NCBI GenBank assembly: GCA_963422205.2
Contig: CAXMWX010000009.1
Location: 224,001-288,000 of the forward strand
DNA: 64,000 bases
Direction: 5' to 3'
Origin: Gammaproteobacteria bacterium
Lineage (GTDB): Bacteria; Pseudomonadota; Gammaproteobacteria; Eutrophobiales; Eutrophobiaceae
The translations under genes were made by a program, and so were the position numbers. This document shows positions 50,148-59,586 of this stretch, piece by piece. Positions within the stretch are counted from its first letter, which is position 1. The number at the start of each line of letters is the position of its first letter. Under the pieces are notes generated by a model that saw nothing but the letters and a program-made list of their open reading frames with translations, was not told the DNA's origin and did no database searches.

Positions 50148-50861
50148 ATGAAACATCAGACCATACGCGGGAGAATACGCTATACCAGCAAGAAGCCGGA
50201 ACGCATGGACGAGGAGCGCGGAAGAGAGTCTTTTATTATTACAAAACATGCCGATGGCAAGCGCACATTGCGCGCACATTGTGAAATTGATGACGCCCCT
50301 TGTGTGCTGCGAGATGTTACCCTCAGCCTGGATCAGGACTGGTACCCGCTGGATTGCTTTGTGCGCCTGACCATTGATGATCAATTCGAAGGCAGTGGCT
50401 GGATGTATTTCAATGAAAATTACGCAGAATGTGAAATGTTCAACGCACGGGATGGGCGCATTTCACAGCGTATTGATCTGCAAGCGCGAGTGCGCTGGCT
50501 GGGGGCGCATCCGATTGTCGCTGATGCCATGTGTTTTGCCGTCTTTGATCGCAGCCAGGGGCCGGGCAAGGTCTTTTATCCGAATATGGCGCTGACATCC
50601 CCTGATCATCGTGGTGCCACCGGGCCGCTGCTGTTTAAGATGGGTTTTGGTCTTCGCTATCTTGGCGAAGAGCAGGTCTCGGTGCCTGCGGGGACTTTTG
50701 ATGCGTATCATTTTCAGTATGTGGATACCGCCGGTGAAATGCCCGAAGAACACCCCCCTTACGATGTCTGGTGTGGTGCTGATGATGATTTTTTGTTTAT
50801 AAAAGGTCAGGTCGCCGGGTATATGCAAACCTATTACGAACTCATTGAACTTGAAAGATAG
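50148..50861 (+). CDS. Uncharacterised beta-rich soluble protein
   Basis: Clean ORF with RBS in the operon. Contains LGAHPI.ADA, SPDHRGATGP, VSVPAGTFDAYHF. Confidence 0.7.
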   Translation: MKHQTIRGRIRYTSKKPERMDEERGRESFIITKHADGKRTLRAHCEIDDAPCVLRDVTLSLDQDWYPLDCFVRLTIDDQFEGSGWMYFNENYAECEMFNARDGRISQRIDLQARVRWLGAHPIVADAMCFAVFDRSQGPGKVFYPNMALTSPDHRGATGPLLFKMGFGLRYLGEEQVSVPAGTFDAYHFQYVDTAGEMPEEHPPYDVWCGADDDFLFIKGQVAGYMQTYYELIELER

Positions 50862-50884
50862 CACCAATTTTAAGGAGATAATAC

Positions 50885-51181
50885 ATGTCAGCCCTGATGC
50901 TTATTCAATGCCGGATCACCAACGTGGAAAAATTTATGGCATACGGCAAGGCAACACCTGCTGTTGTCGAGCAATATGGTGGCCGCTATATCGCCATGCG
51001 CGGGGCAACTGAGTTGCTTGAAGGTGATTGGGATGAGCAGACCAAGGTCGTCATATCTGAATGGCCATCCATGGAAGCTGCCCGCACCTTCTGGCATTCC
51101 AGCGAGTATAGGGAAGCAAAAAAACTGCGTGAAGGGGCGGCTGAAGTCCAGGTGTTGTTGGTAGAGAAGACGGCCGAGTAA
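50885..51181 (+). CDS. DUF1330 domain protein
   Basis: YGGRYIAMRG...LEGDW...VISEWPSMEAARTFWHSSEYREAKKLR, with AAGGAG RBS. Confidence 0.85.
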   Translation: MSALMLIQCRITNVEKFMAYGKATPAVVEQYGGRYIAMRGATELLEGDWDEQTKVVISEWPSMEAARTFWHSSEYREAKKLREGAAEVQVLLVEKTAE

Positions 51182-51217
51182 TACCATCAGATTTTATCGA
51201 TTTGAGAGACTGCCAAT

Positions 51218-52258
51218 ATGCCGGATAATTACCTTGCACTCGCCCTGCAAACCCGTTGCGATGCCATCAATTCGCTTGATAATACCAGCGCACGCCAGGC
51301 GATGCTGGCCACGATTAACAGAATCCATCAGCAGATAGCGGCTTGCAGGGCATTCATCGGTACGGATGCTCAATTATTTGTGCTGCCAGAGTATTTTTTA
51401 ACGGGTTTTCCCATGGGCGATACCATCGAAGGCTGGGCGGAGAAGGCCGGCATCTCAGCCGCTGGCCCTGAATACGATGCCCTGGGCAAAGTCAGCCAGG
51501 ACAATGCGGTTTTTCTGGCCGGTAATGCGTATGAACTGGACAGCCATTTCCCCGGCTTGTATTTCCAAACCAGCTTTATCATCGATCCTTCGGGCAATGT
51601 CATCTTGCGTTACCGGCGCCTTATCTCCATGTTTGCACCCACACCCCACGATGTCTGGGATCAATACCTCGACATCTATGGCATTGACAGCGTGTTCCCG
51701 GTAGCCGATACAGCAATCGGGAAACTGGCAGCCTGTGCCTCGGAAGAAATCCTCTATCCTGAAATTACCCGTGCCCATGCCTTGCGCGGTGCCGAAGTGA
51801 TTCTGCATTCCACCAGCGAAATCGGCAGCACTGAACTGACCCCCAAAGACATAGCGAAACGCGCCCGCGCCATTGAAAACCTGGTCTATGTGGTCTCGGC
51901 AAACAGCGCAGGCATAGCTGGCACGGCCATACCCTCAGCCTCTACCGATGGTATGTCAAAGGTGCTGGACTACAAAGGGCGTATACTGGCGAGTGCGGGT
52001 TTCGGCGAGACCATGGTGGCCAACGCAGAAATCGACCTGAATGCCTTGAGAGGTTATCGCCGTCGTCCCGGCATGGCGAATATGTTAGCACGGCAACGGC
52101 TGGAACTCTTCAGCCAAAGTTACAGTGGGCATTCAATCTATCCGGCTAATTCTCTGCTGGATGAGACGGGAGCAAAACATATTATTCCACAGCGGGGGCA
52201 TTTTGTTGACACCCAGCGCAAGGTCATTGAAACATTGCACAAAAAGCACGTGATCTAG
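51218..52258 (+). CDS. Nitrilase-superfamily C-N hydrolase with a non-canonical triad
   Basis: LFVLPEY, YRRL, CASEEILYPE, RARAIEN..YVVSAN. Confidence 0.85.
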   Translation: MPDNYLALALQTRCDAINSLDNTSARQAMLATINRIHQQIAACRAFIGTDAQLFVLPEYFLTGFPMGDTIEGWAEKAGISAAGPEYDALGKVSQDNAVFLAGNAYELDSHFPGLYFQTSFIIDPSGNVILRYRRLISMFAPTPHDVWDQYLDIYGIDSVFPVADTAIGKLAACASEEILYPEITRAHALRGAEVILHSTSEIGSTELTPKDIAKRARAIENLVYVVSANSAGIAGTAIPSASTDGMSKVLDYKGRILASAGFGETMVANAEIDLNALRGYRRRPGMANMLARQRLELFSQSYSGHSIYPANSLLDETGAKHIIPQRGHFVDTQRKVIETLHKKHVI

Positions 52259-52260
52259 AG

Positions 52261-53694
52261 ATGGGCGATAAAAAAATTCATGTCCGAAACCCGCGTACCG
52301 GGCTAAGTGATTACACATTCATCCAGCCAGATGCCAGGCAGGTAGCACAAAAAATCGCACAGATCAGAGACGCACAGACACAGTGGCTGAGGCTGGGAGT
52401 AGCAGGCCGTTGCACCGCATTGCAAGCACTGAAATGTGCTATCGAAAAACATCAGCAGGCCCTGATAGATGCCTTGACCCTGGATACCGGCAGGTGCCAG
52501 GAATCCGACTTGGAGACCCACCTGGTCATGGGCATTATCAAGCGCTGGTGTCAACAGGCCCCGGCCCTGCTGGCGGAAGGGGAAGCACATGAAACCAGTA
52601 TTCCTTTTATCAAGGTAGGCAGGCAATATGTCCCTTATGCCGTTGTCGGTGCTATCACACCGTGGAATTTCCCCCTGACCCTGTCTTGCATTGATGCCAT
52701 GCCAGCCCTGTTGGTAGGCTGTGCGGTTGTCGTCAAGCCCAGTGAGATCACGCCACGCTTTGCTGTACCTTTGCAAACGTGCATAGATGAGGTTGATGTG
52801 CTGAAAGATGTGTTTCACTTTGTCCCAGGGGATGGCGAGGTGGGTGCTGCCTTGATTGATGAGGTCGATACCATCTGCTTCACCGGCAGTGTTGCAACTG
52901 GCCGGAAGGTGGCTGAAGCCGCCGCCAGAAACTTCATCCCGGCACAACTGGAACTGGGCGGTAAGGATCCGGCCATTATCACTGCCAGTGCTGATCTGGA
53001 TCGTGCGGCGGCGGCTATCAGTTGGGGAGGGCTGACCAATGCAGGGCAGGCCTGTCTTTCTATTGAACGGGTATACGTGGAGAGTCCTGTACACGATGAA
53101 TTCGTACAATTACTTACTGAAAAAGTCGCCAGACTTCGCTGTAACATTAAAGAGATTAACGAAGGCGAAATCGGCCCGATCATCTCCGCCGCCCAGATCG
53201 ATCTTATTCAATCACATCTGGACGATGCGCTGGACAATGGTGCTGTAGCTGCTTGTGGCGGCAAAATTGAACAGCATAACGGCGGCAGCTGGTGCCAGCC
53301 CACCGTATTAACCGATGTCAAGTCAGCAATGAAAGTCATACAGGAAGAGACCTTTGGCCCCATACTGCCGATCATGGGATTTGCTACCGAAGAAGAGGCG
53401 ATAGCACTCGCCAATGATACCCGATACGGTTTATCTGCTGCGGTATTCTCCAACGATAAAGCACAGGCCGATAGGATTGCAAAGGCCATACAGGCCGGTG
53501 CCATCAGTATTAATGATGCGGCTTTAACCGCCATAATGTACGAAGGCGAAAAACAGGCTTTTAAATTATCCGGGCTGGGAGGCTCTCGCATGGGCACAGA
53601 ATCGATCCGCAGATTCCAGCGCACCAAGTCCCTGATTAATAATGTAGAGCAAGCCTGGGATCCATGGTGGTTTGAGAAAAAGCCGACAAATTAG
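52261..53694 (+). CDS. Aldehyde dehydrogenase
   Basis: ITPWNFP, KPSE, FTGS, LELGGKDP, NAGQAC, EETFGP. Confidence 0.92.
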   Translation: MGDKKIHVRNPRTGLSDYTFIQPDARQVAQKIAQIRDAQTQWLRLGVAGRCTALQALKCAIEKHQQALIDALTLDTGRCQESDLETHLVMGIIKRWCQQAPALLAEGEAHETSIPFIKVGRQYVPYAVVGAITPWNFPLTLSCIDAMPALLVGCAVVVKPSEITPRFAVPLQTCIDEVDVLKDVFHFVPGDGEVGAALIDEVDTICFTGSVATGRKVAEAAARNFIPAQLELGGKDPAIITASADLDRAAAAISWGGLTNAGQACLSIERVYVESPVHDEFVQLLTEKVARLRCNIKEINEGEIGPIISAAQIDLIQSHLDDALDNGAVAACGGKIEQHNGGSWCQPTVLTDVKSAMKVIQEETFGPILPIMGFATEEEAIALANDTRYGLSAAVFSNDKAQADRIAKAIQAGAISINDAALTAIMYEGEKQAFKLSGLGGSRMGTESIRRFQRTKSLINNVEQAWDPWWFEKKPTN

Positions 53695-54023
53695 AAAAAT
53701 CGAAAAACTTCAAGGCCGTTGGTGAATCTCGCTACCTCCGTATAGGAATGCCGTCAAGATCATATCGTATGCCAGAAGATACCAAACGCCCCCTTGCTAC
53801 TGATGCCATATCAAGCCACTTTCTACTGGGACTTGATCACTATCTGAAACAAGTAGAAAAAAGGACAAAAACGGCAGGCAAAATTAAAGGCATGCAAAAG
53901 ACGGCTATGCAGCGGTGTTGATTATGTCAACAGGTTTTTTATCGTCCTGACATCAATATGTTTGTTCGCCGTGCCGGGTTTATGATTGCTGGTCGGGCAT
54001 CAGCATGAATCACCAGTGCATGA

Positions 54024-54788
54024 TCAGATCAGATAACCGCCATCGACGGTGAGGCAACTGCCGGTGACAAAGCTGGAGGCAGAAGATGCCAGATATAAAA
54101 TCGCCGCTGCCATTTCACTGGGCTGGGCGGTGCGCTGTAATGGTATCTGTTGTAACCAACCATGCAGCACGTCTTCATTGGCTGTTAGCGCACGGGCAAA
54201 TTTTGTATCCGTCAAGCCGGGCAGCAGCGCATTCACCCGGATGTTATCAGCCCCGCATTCAAGCGCAAACGCCCTGGTCATGTTAATAACAGCCCCTTTG
54301 GTAATGGAATAAATTCCCTGCTTGTTGCCCGGCCTGACGCCATTGACAGAGGCCACGTTGATGATCGCACCACCCCCTTGTTCACGCATCAGCTTGCAGG
54401 CATTCACCGACATATAGAAATACCCCCGCACATTGACATCAATGGTCTTGTTGAATGCCGCCAGATCCGTCTCGACAATGTCGCCATAGTAAGGATTGGT
54501 GGCGGCATTATTCACCAGTATGTCGAGCCTGCCATAGGTAAGGCGTATACGGTCATAGACAGCTTCAATCTGTGCCAACTCGCCAATATGACAGGCAAAT
54601 GCGGACGCCTGCCCGCCCGCCGCACGGATAGCCTCGGCCACTTGTTCACAAGCCGCCTGTTTGCGGCTGGAGATAATCACATGAGCGCCCTGCTGTGCCA
54701 ACAGCTTTGCCGCTTCCTGTCCTATGCCCCGGCTGGCACCCGTCACCAACGCGATTTTATTGTCCAGATCAAATAATGCTGTCGTCAT
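54024..54788 (-). CDS. Short-chain dehydrogenase/reductase
   Basis: TGASRGIG, NNAATNP, YSITK. Confidence 0.92.
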   Translation of the reverse strand: MTTALFDLDNKIALVTGASRGIGQEAAKLLAQQGAHVIISSRKQAACEQVAEAIRAAGGQASAFACHIGELAQIEAVYDRIRLTYGRLDILVNNAATNPYYGDIVETDLAAFNKTIDVNVRGYFYMSVNACKLMREQGGGAIINVASVNGVRPGNKQGIYSITKGAVINMTRAFALECGADNIRVNALLPGLTDTKFARALTANEDVLHGWLQQIPLQRTAQPSEMAAAILYLASSASSFVTGSCLTVDGGYLI

Positions 54789-54794
54789 CTTGCT

Positions 54795-55110
54795 AACAAA
54801 AACACGATGCTGGATGTGGTACGGTTGGCAAAACGCCTGTCGCTGACAATACTGTGGTCGGCGGCACCAGCCTGTTTGCTATTCTGTGGGCGAATATGTA
54901 CGCAATATGGCGCATACCAACGGCATAGAAAGTTCCTGGTCTATTCTGAAACGGGGGCATGATGGGATTTATCATAAAATGAGTAACAGGAGATGAGCAA
55001 CAGGCACCTTGACCGCACGTGAGCGAGAGCTCCAGTCAACACACTATACACAATCTTGATACGATTGAACAGATGCTTCATATTGTGGTAACGAGCAGAC
55101 AGGCGGCGAT
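54795..55110 (+). mobile_element. Degenerate IS1595-family (ISXO2-like) transposase fragment
   Basis: Broken frames give GTVGKTPVA, SVGEYVRNMAHTNGIESSWSILKRGHDGIYHKMS and HLDR..VSE...HTIHNLDTIEQM. Confidence 0.8.
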
Positions 55111-55189
55111 GGATTGCTATTGTATGGCCTTCGGTGGTCATCGCCTTACCAATGGCAATGGCTGGGCAGTCTGGTTTATCCTGTACGGG

Positions 55190-55924
55190 TTAGAACTTTC
55201 CGAGGCTTCTCAAAAACTTGAGTTTTAGTCTTTTTAATTGCTTTTTGGGAAATCTCAGGTGTTTGGTGTGCAGATACTCCATCCCTTTACCCTCCTTCCA
55301 ACTCTTGGCCCACCAGTGAATTGCATAGGTGTTCTCGCCGATACAGTCCGGCGTATAACGCTCATCGCTGTAATAGGGATAAAAGTACTCCTTTGGGTAG
55401 ACGGATATGCCATCTGCGATTTGTTGTTTTTGCCCGTTCAGTTGCAGGGAGAATTCGTTCTGCAGTACGCTTGTGATGATCTGGGGAATGGTATAAATGT
55501 CCGTGTTCAACATCTGTTCACGATAAAAACGCAATAACTTTTTAAACAGCAGACTCTCTGGAACCGCTGCCAATACGCTGGCGTTTACCCATGATTCATG
55601 TTCAAACCCAAGAAAGACCGGGCTTGTGCATAACCGGGATAAGTCTTTTAGGAGATACACATCGGTATCCAGATAAATCCCTCCAGATTGCTCCAGCACA
55701 TACACCCGCATGTAATCGGCAACAAAGGCCCATAATTGCCGCTCATAACAGGCTTTCAGGAAGGGGCTTTTTGCAAATTCCTGCTGCAAAGGGAAGTTGG
55801 TTTCATTCCATTTGATGATTTCAAATGCAGGCATTTTTTCCCTCCAGGAAAGAATGCACACCTCTGCAAGGCTGGGTTTTGCCCCGCCACCAACCCAAAC
55901 ATAATGAATTTTCTTTGGTATCAT
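55190..55924 (-). CDS. Glycosyltransferase family 32 (DXD)
   Basis: MIPKKIHYVWVGG, WAFVADYMR, GGIYLDTDV, YAIHWWAKSW. Lower GC. Confidence 0.9.
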   Translation of the reverse strand: MIPKKIHYVWVGGGAKPSLAEVCILSWREKMPAFEIIKWNETNFPLQQEFAKSPFLKACYERQLWAFVADYMRVYVLEQSGGIYLDTDVYLLKDLSRLCTSPVFLGFEHESWVNASVLAAVPESLLFKKLLRFYREQMLNTDIYTIPQIITSVLQNEFSLQLNGQKQQIADGISVYPKEYFYPYYSDERYTPDCIGENTYAIHWWAKSWKEGKGMEYLHTKHLRFPKKQLKRLKLKFLRSLGKF

Positions 55925-56021
55925 GGGCGTTCGGTATTTTCAGTGGCCGGGAGCATTGGGATGCAAGGCAGGCCATGCCTGTTGCGCTGGCGCACAGTAA
56001 CACAATGTATTGGGTATTTAC

Positions 56022-56474
56022 ATGCGATTTAACTGGACTCCGGCCAGCCTGCGGTTAGCGCTGAATCTGTATGGCCCTTATCCTGGGGCGGGTGTTAAGG
56101 TGCGTCATATCAGCCGTGACTGGCGCATAACAGAGGTGGCGATGCGGCTTCGCTGGTATAACCGTAATGCGGTTGGTACGCATTTTGGCGGCAGCCTGTA
56201 TGCCATGGTTGACCCGCATCTCATGCTGATGCTGATGCAGTTAATGGGTAAGGGCTATACAATATGGGACAAGGCGGCCGAGATTGAATTTGTGGCGCCC
56301 GGTACGGGCGAGGTGCGCGCAACGCTTGCGATCACAGATGCACAACTGGCCAGGATAGTCGCTGATACCGAAGCGGGTGCTGCCTGTTTTCCGGCCTTTG
56401 ATGTGGCTGTCGTTGATAACGATGACAACCTGATTGCCAGGATCAGAAAGACCTTGTACGTTCGGAAGAAATAA
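56022..56474 (+). CDS. Hotdog-fold thioesterase-like protein (DUF4442/YiiD-C)
   Basis: NLYGPY.GAGV, NRNAVGTHFGGSLYAMVDP, IWDKAAEIEF. Confidence 0.85.
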   Translation: MRFNWTPASLRLALNLYGPYPGAGVKVRHISRDWRITEVAMRLRWYNRNAVGTHFGGSLYAMVDPHLMLMLMQLMGKGYTIWDKAAEIEFVAPGTGEVRATLAITDAQLARIVADTEAGAACFPAFDVAVVDNDDNLIARIRKTLYVRKK

Positions 56475-56534
56475 ACCACCGTTGTTGGCGGCAGCTGGCC
56501 GTTCACCGCCCGCTGGGATCAGCACACCATTAAT

Positions 56535-58067
56535 TTAATGATGGCTGGGGAAGGCAAACTGTGCCTGTTCCAGAGAGTCTGACGGCCAGCGTTGCGAGAT
56601 GGTTTTGCGGCGGGTATAGAACCTGACAGCATCCGGCCCGTAAGCACTCAAATCGCCAAACAGCGAACGCTTCCAACCACCGAAGCTGTGACAGGCCACC
56701 GGCACCGGCAGGGCGACATTCACCCCTACCATGCCGATCTTGATGTTGTCGGTAAAATAACGGGCAAGCCCACCATCACGGGTAAAAATACAGCTGCCAT
56801 TACCGTACTCATGCTCATCAATGAGTTGCATCGCCTGTTGCAGGCTGTCGACCCGCACGATGCACAACACCGGCCCGAAGATCTCTTCCTGACAGATACG
56901 CATCGTTGGGCTGACCCGATCGAACAGACAGCCGCCGAGGAAAAATCCCTGCCCATGTCCCTTAACATGCAGACGGCGACCATCAACGATCAGCTCTGCG
57001 CCCTCCTCAACGCCGAGATCCACATACGCGGCGACCTTCTCCTGATGTGCTTTGGTGACGAGCGGCCCCATGTTGTTTTGCCTGTCCCTGCCGGGGCCGA
57101 TCTTCAATGCCCGTATCTCATCGGCCAGTTTGCCAACCAGCGCATCTGCTGTCTCATCGCCCACGCACACCGCCACCGAGATCGCCATACAGCGTTGACC
57201 ACTGGAGCCATAAGCCGCCCCCATCAAGCTGTTTACCACGTTATCAATATCGGCATCCGGCATGATCACGGCATGATTCTTTGCACCGCCCAGGGCCTGT
57301 ACCCGTTTGCCGTGTGCCGTGCCAGTCTGATAAATATACTCTGCCACCGGCGTTGAACCAACGAAGCTGACGGCCTGTATGCGCTTGTCCGCCAGCAGGA
57401 TATCCACGGCCTCTTTATCGCCATTGATCACATTGAACACCCCATCTGGCAAGCCCGCCTCGGCCAGCAGCCCGGCAACGTATAAAGACGTGCTGGGGTC
57501 TCTTTCCGAGGGCTTGAGGATGAAGGTGTTACCACAGGCCAGCGCCATCGGATACATCCACATCGGCACCATGGCGGGGAAGTTAAACGGCGTGATCCCG
57601 GCCACAACGCCCAGGGGTTGAAATTCTGACCAGCTGTCAATGTCCGGCCCGACATATTTGCTGTGCTCGCCCTTGAGCAATTCCGGCGCCCCGCAGGCAT
57701 ATTCAACCACCTCAACCCCCCGCATAAACTCGCCAGCGGCATCATCCAGTCCTTTGCCATGTTCCTCGGTCAACAAGGCGGTGATGGCCTCGGCATGGTG
57801 TTCCAGTAATGCCTTGAAGCGGAACATGATGCGGGCGCGCTTCATCGGCGTTGTGGCACGCCAGGCCGGAAAGGCCGCCGCGGCCGCGGCGATGGCTTGT
57901 TCTACCGTGGCGGCACTGGCCATCGCCACCTGCCGCACAAGCTGGCCGGTGGCAGGGTTGGTCACCGCCTGGGTACGGGCAGTCTCCTTGATCTGCTTGC
58001 CGTTAATGTAATGGCCGACTGTCTCGGTTGTTGTGGTGTCTGTCTTAACAGCGTGAACTGAACTCAT
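56535..58067 (-). CDS. mmsA: CoA-acylating (methyl)malonate-semialdehyde dehydrogenase
   Basis: ITPFNFPAMVP, KPSERDP, GGAKNH, GQRCMA, SFGGWKRSLFGD. Confidence 0.92.
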   Translation of the reverse strand: MSSVHAVKTDTTTTETVGHYINGKQIKETARTQAVTNPATGQLVRQVAMASAATVEQAIAAAAAAFPAWRATTPMKRARIMFRFKALLEHHAEAITALLTEEHGKGLDDAAGEFMRGVEVVEYACGAPELLKGEHSKYVGPDIDSWSEFQPLGVVAGITPFNFPAMVPMWMYPMALACGNTFILKPSERDPSTSLYVAGLLAEAGLPDGVFNVINGDKEAVDILLADKRIQAVSFVGSTPVAEYIYQTGTAHGKRVQALGGAKNHAVIMPDADIDNVVNSLMGAAYGSSGQRCMAISVAVCVGDETADALVGKLADEIRALKIGPGRDRQNNMGPLVTKAHQEKVAAYVDLGVEEGAELIVDGRRLHVKGHGQGFFLGGCLFDRVSPTMRICQEEIFGPVLCIVRVDSLQQAMQLIDEHEYGNGSCIFTRDGGLARYFTDNIKIGMVGVNVALPVPVACHSFGGWKRSLFGDLSAYGPDAVRFYTRRKTISQRWPSDSLEQAQFAFPSHH

Positions 58068-58078
58068 CGTGCTTACTC

Positions 58079-59422
58079 CTAATCAATCCTCTCCAGTACG
58101 GAACGGACGATGCTGAATGTCTCTGCCAGGATATCCGGGGTAGAGGTGAAAAATGGGGCAAATTGCAACACATCCATGCCGTTGCGTACCATCAGGCCCT
58201 GCTCAAAACACTTGATATGCGCTTCCATACCGCGTGCGCCCGGCTTGTCCGGCCGGGGCGCCAGTTCAATCGCGCCCATCAAACCAAAGTTGCGTATATC
58301 AATCACGTGCCTGGCATCGTGGAGGGCGTGAATGGCCTGTTCAAACTCCGGCTCAATCGCCCGCACCCTGGCGGGGATGTCATCACGCCGGTAAATCTCC
58401 AGGCAGGCAAGCGCCGCGGCGCTCGGCATGGGATGGCCGGAATAGGTATAGCCGTGAAAGAATTCGATCGCATATTCCGGGCCCTGCATGAATACCTCAT
58501 AAATCTGCCGACCGACCAGCACCGCCCCCATGGGCAACACGCCGTTGGTGATGCCCTTGGCGGTGTTGATAATGTCCGGCATCACGCCCAGGCGCTCACA
58601 CCCGAAGGCGGCACCAATACGGCAGTAAGCGGTGATCACCTCATCGAAGATCAGCAGGATGCCGTGTTGTGTGCAGATTTCCCGCAGGCGCTCCAGGTAG
58701 CCGACAGGCGGCACCAGCACGCCGGTGGAGCCGGCCACCGGCTCGATGATAACCGCAGCGATATTCTCCGCATCGTGCAGGGCAACAAGACCTTCCAACT
58801 CATCGGCCAGGTGCGCCCCCCACGCTGGCTGGCCCTTGCTGAAGGCATTGTGTTTGAGGTTATGGGTATGTGGCAGGTGATCCACATGTGGCAACAGGGC
58901 GTTGCCAAACATCTTGCGGTTTGCCGGAATTCCGCCGACCGACATGCCGCCAAAATTGGTGCCGTGATAGCCACGTTCTCGGCCAATGAACCGGGTGCGT
59001 GTGCCCTCACCCCGAAGACGATGATAGGCCAGGGCGATCTTCAGTGACGTATCGGCGGATTCGGAGCCGGAATTGGTGAAGAAGACATGCTCAAAGCCGG
59101 CCGGGGCGAAATCCACCAGCCGGTTGGCCAGTTCAATGACCCCGGTATGGGCAACCTGGAAGGCCGCAGCATAATCCAGTTTTGCCGCCTGGTGTTGCAC
59201 GGCCTCAACAATCTCCGGGTGGCAATGCCCAAGCCCGCTGGTCCACAGGCCGGAGAAGGCATCCATCACCTGCCTGCCATCGTCGGTGGTGTAGTAAAAA
59301 CCCTCGGCTGAATCAATAATGCGTGGTGCTTGCTTGAACGCCCGGTTGGCCGTGTATGGCATCCAGTAGGAATCAAGCGCCAGGTTAATGGCAGCGTGGC
59401 TGGCTGTGTTCATGTGCTTCAC
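58079..59422 (-). CDS. bauA: Omega-amino acid (beta-alanine):pyruvate aminotransferase
   Basis: YWMPYTANR.FK, NSGSES, EPVAGSTG, FDEVIT, AKGITNG, HGYTYSGHP. Operonic with mmsA. Confidence 0.85.
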   Translation of the reverse strand: MKHMNTASHAAINLALDSYWMPYTANRAFKQAPRIIDSAEGFYYTTDDGRQVMDAFSGLWTSGLGHCHPEIVEAVQHQAAKLDYAAAFQVAHTGVIELANRLVDFAPAGFEHVFFTNSGSESADTSLKIALAYHRLRGEGTRTRFIGRERGYHGTNFGGMSVGGIPANRKMFGNALLPHVDHLPHTHNLKHNAFSKGQPAWGAHLADELEGLVALHDAENIAAVIIEPVAGSTGVLVPPVGYLERLREICTQHGILLIFDEVITAYCRIGAAFGCERLGVMPDIINTAKGITNGVLPMGAVLVGRQIYEVFMQGPEYAIEFFHGYTYSGHPMPSAAALACLEIYRRDDIPARVRAIEPEFEQAIHALHDARHVIDIRNFGLMGAIELAPRPDKPGARGMEAHIKCFEQGLMVRNGMDVLQFAPFFTSTPDILAETFSIVRSVLERID

Positions 59423-59586
59423 CTGATAGACGTTTACGCCAAACTCGGCGGACGTATGATCAATGGGCTATTGTATTGAGTGGGCATGGCGTTAAACAAG
59501 GCGTTATTTTGTATTCACTAACTGATTGATAGTCAGCGTAAAAAATAGCATAATGTTTATTATAATTAACATTATTGGGCAGGTGC

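Noticed and set aside
53695-54023. Roughly 50-codon ORF or sRNA between ALDH and SDR
   Set aside because: No RBS, motif or convincing structure seen.
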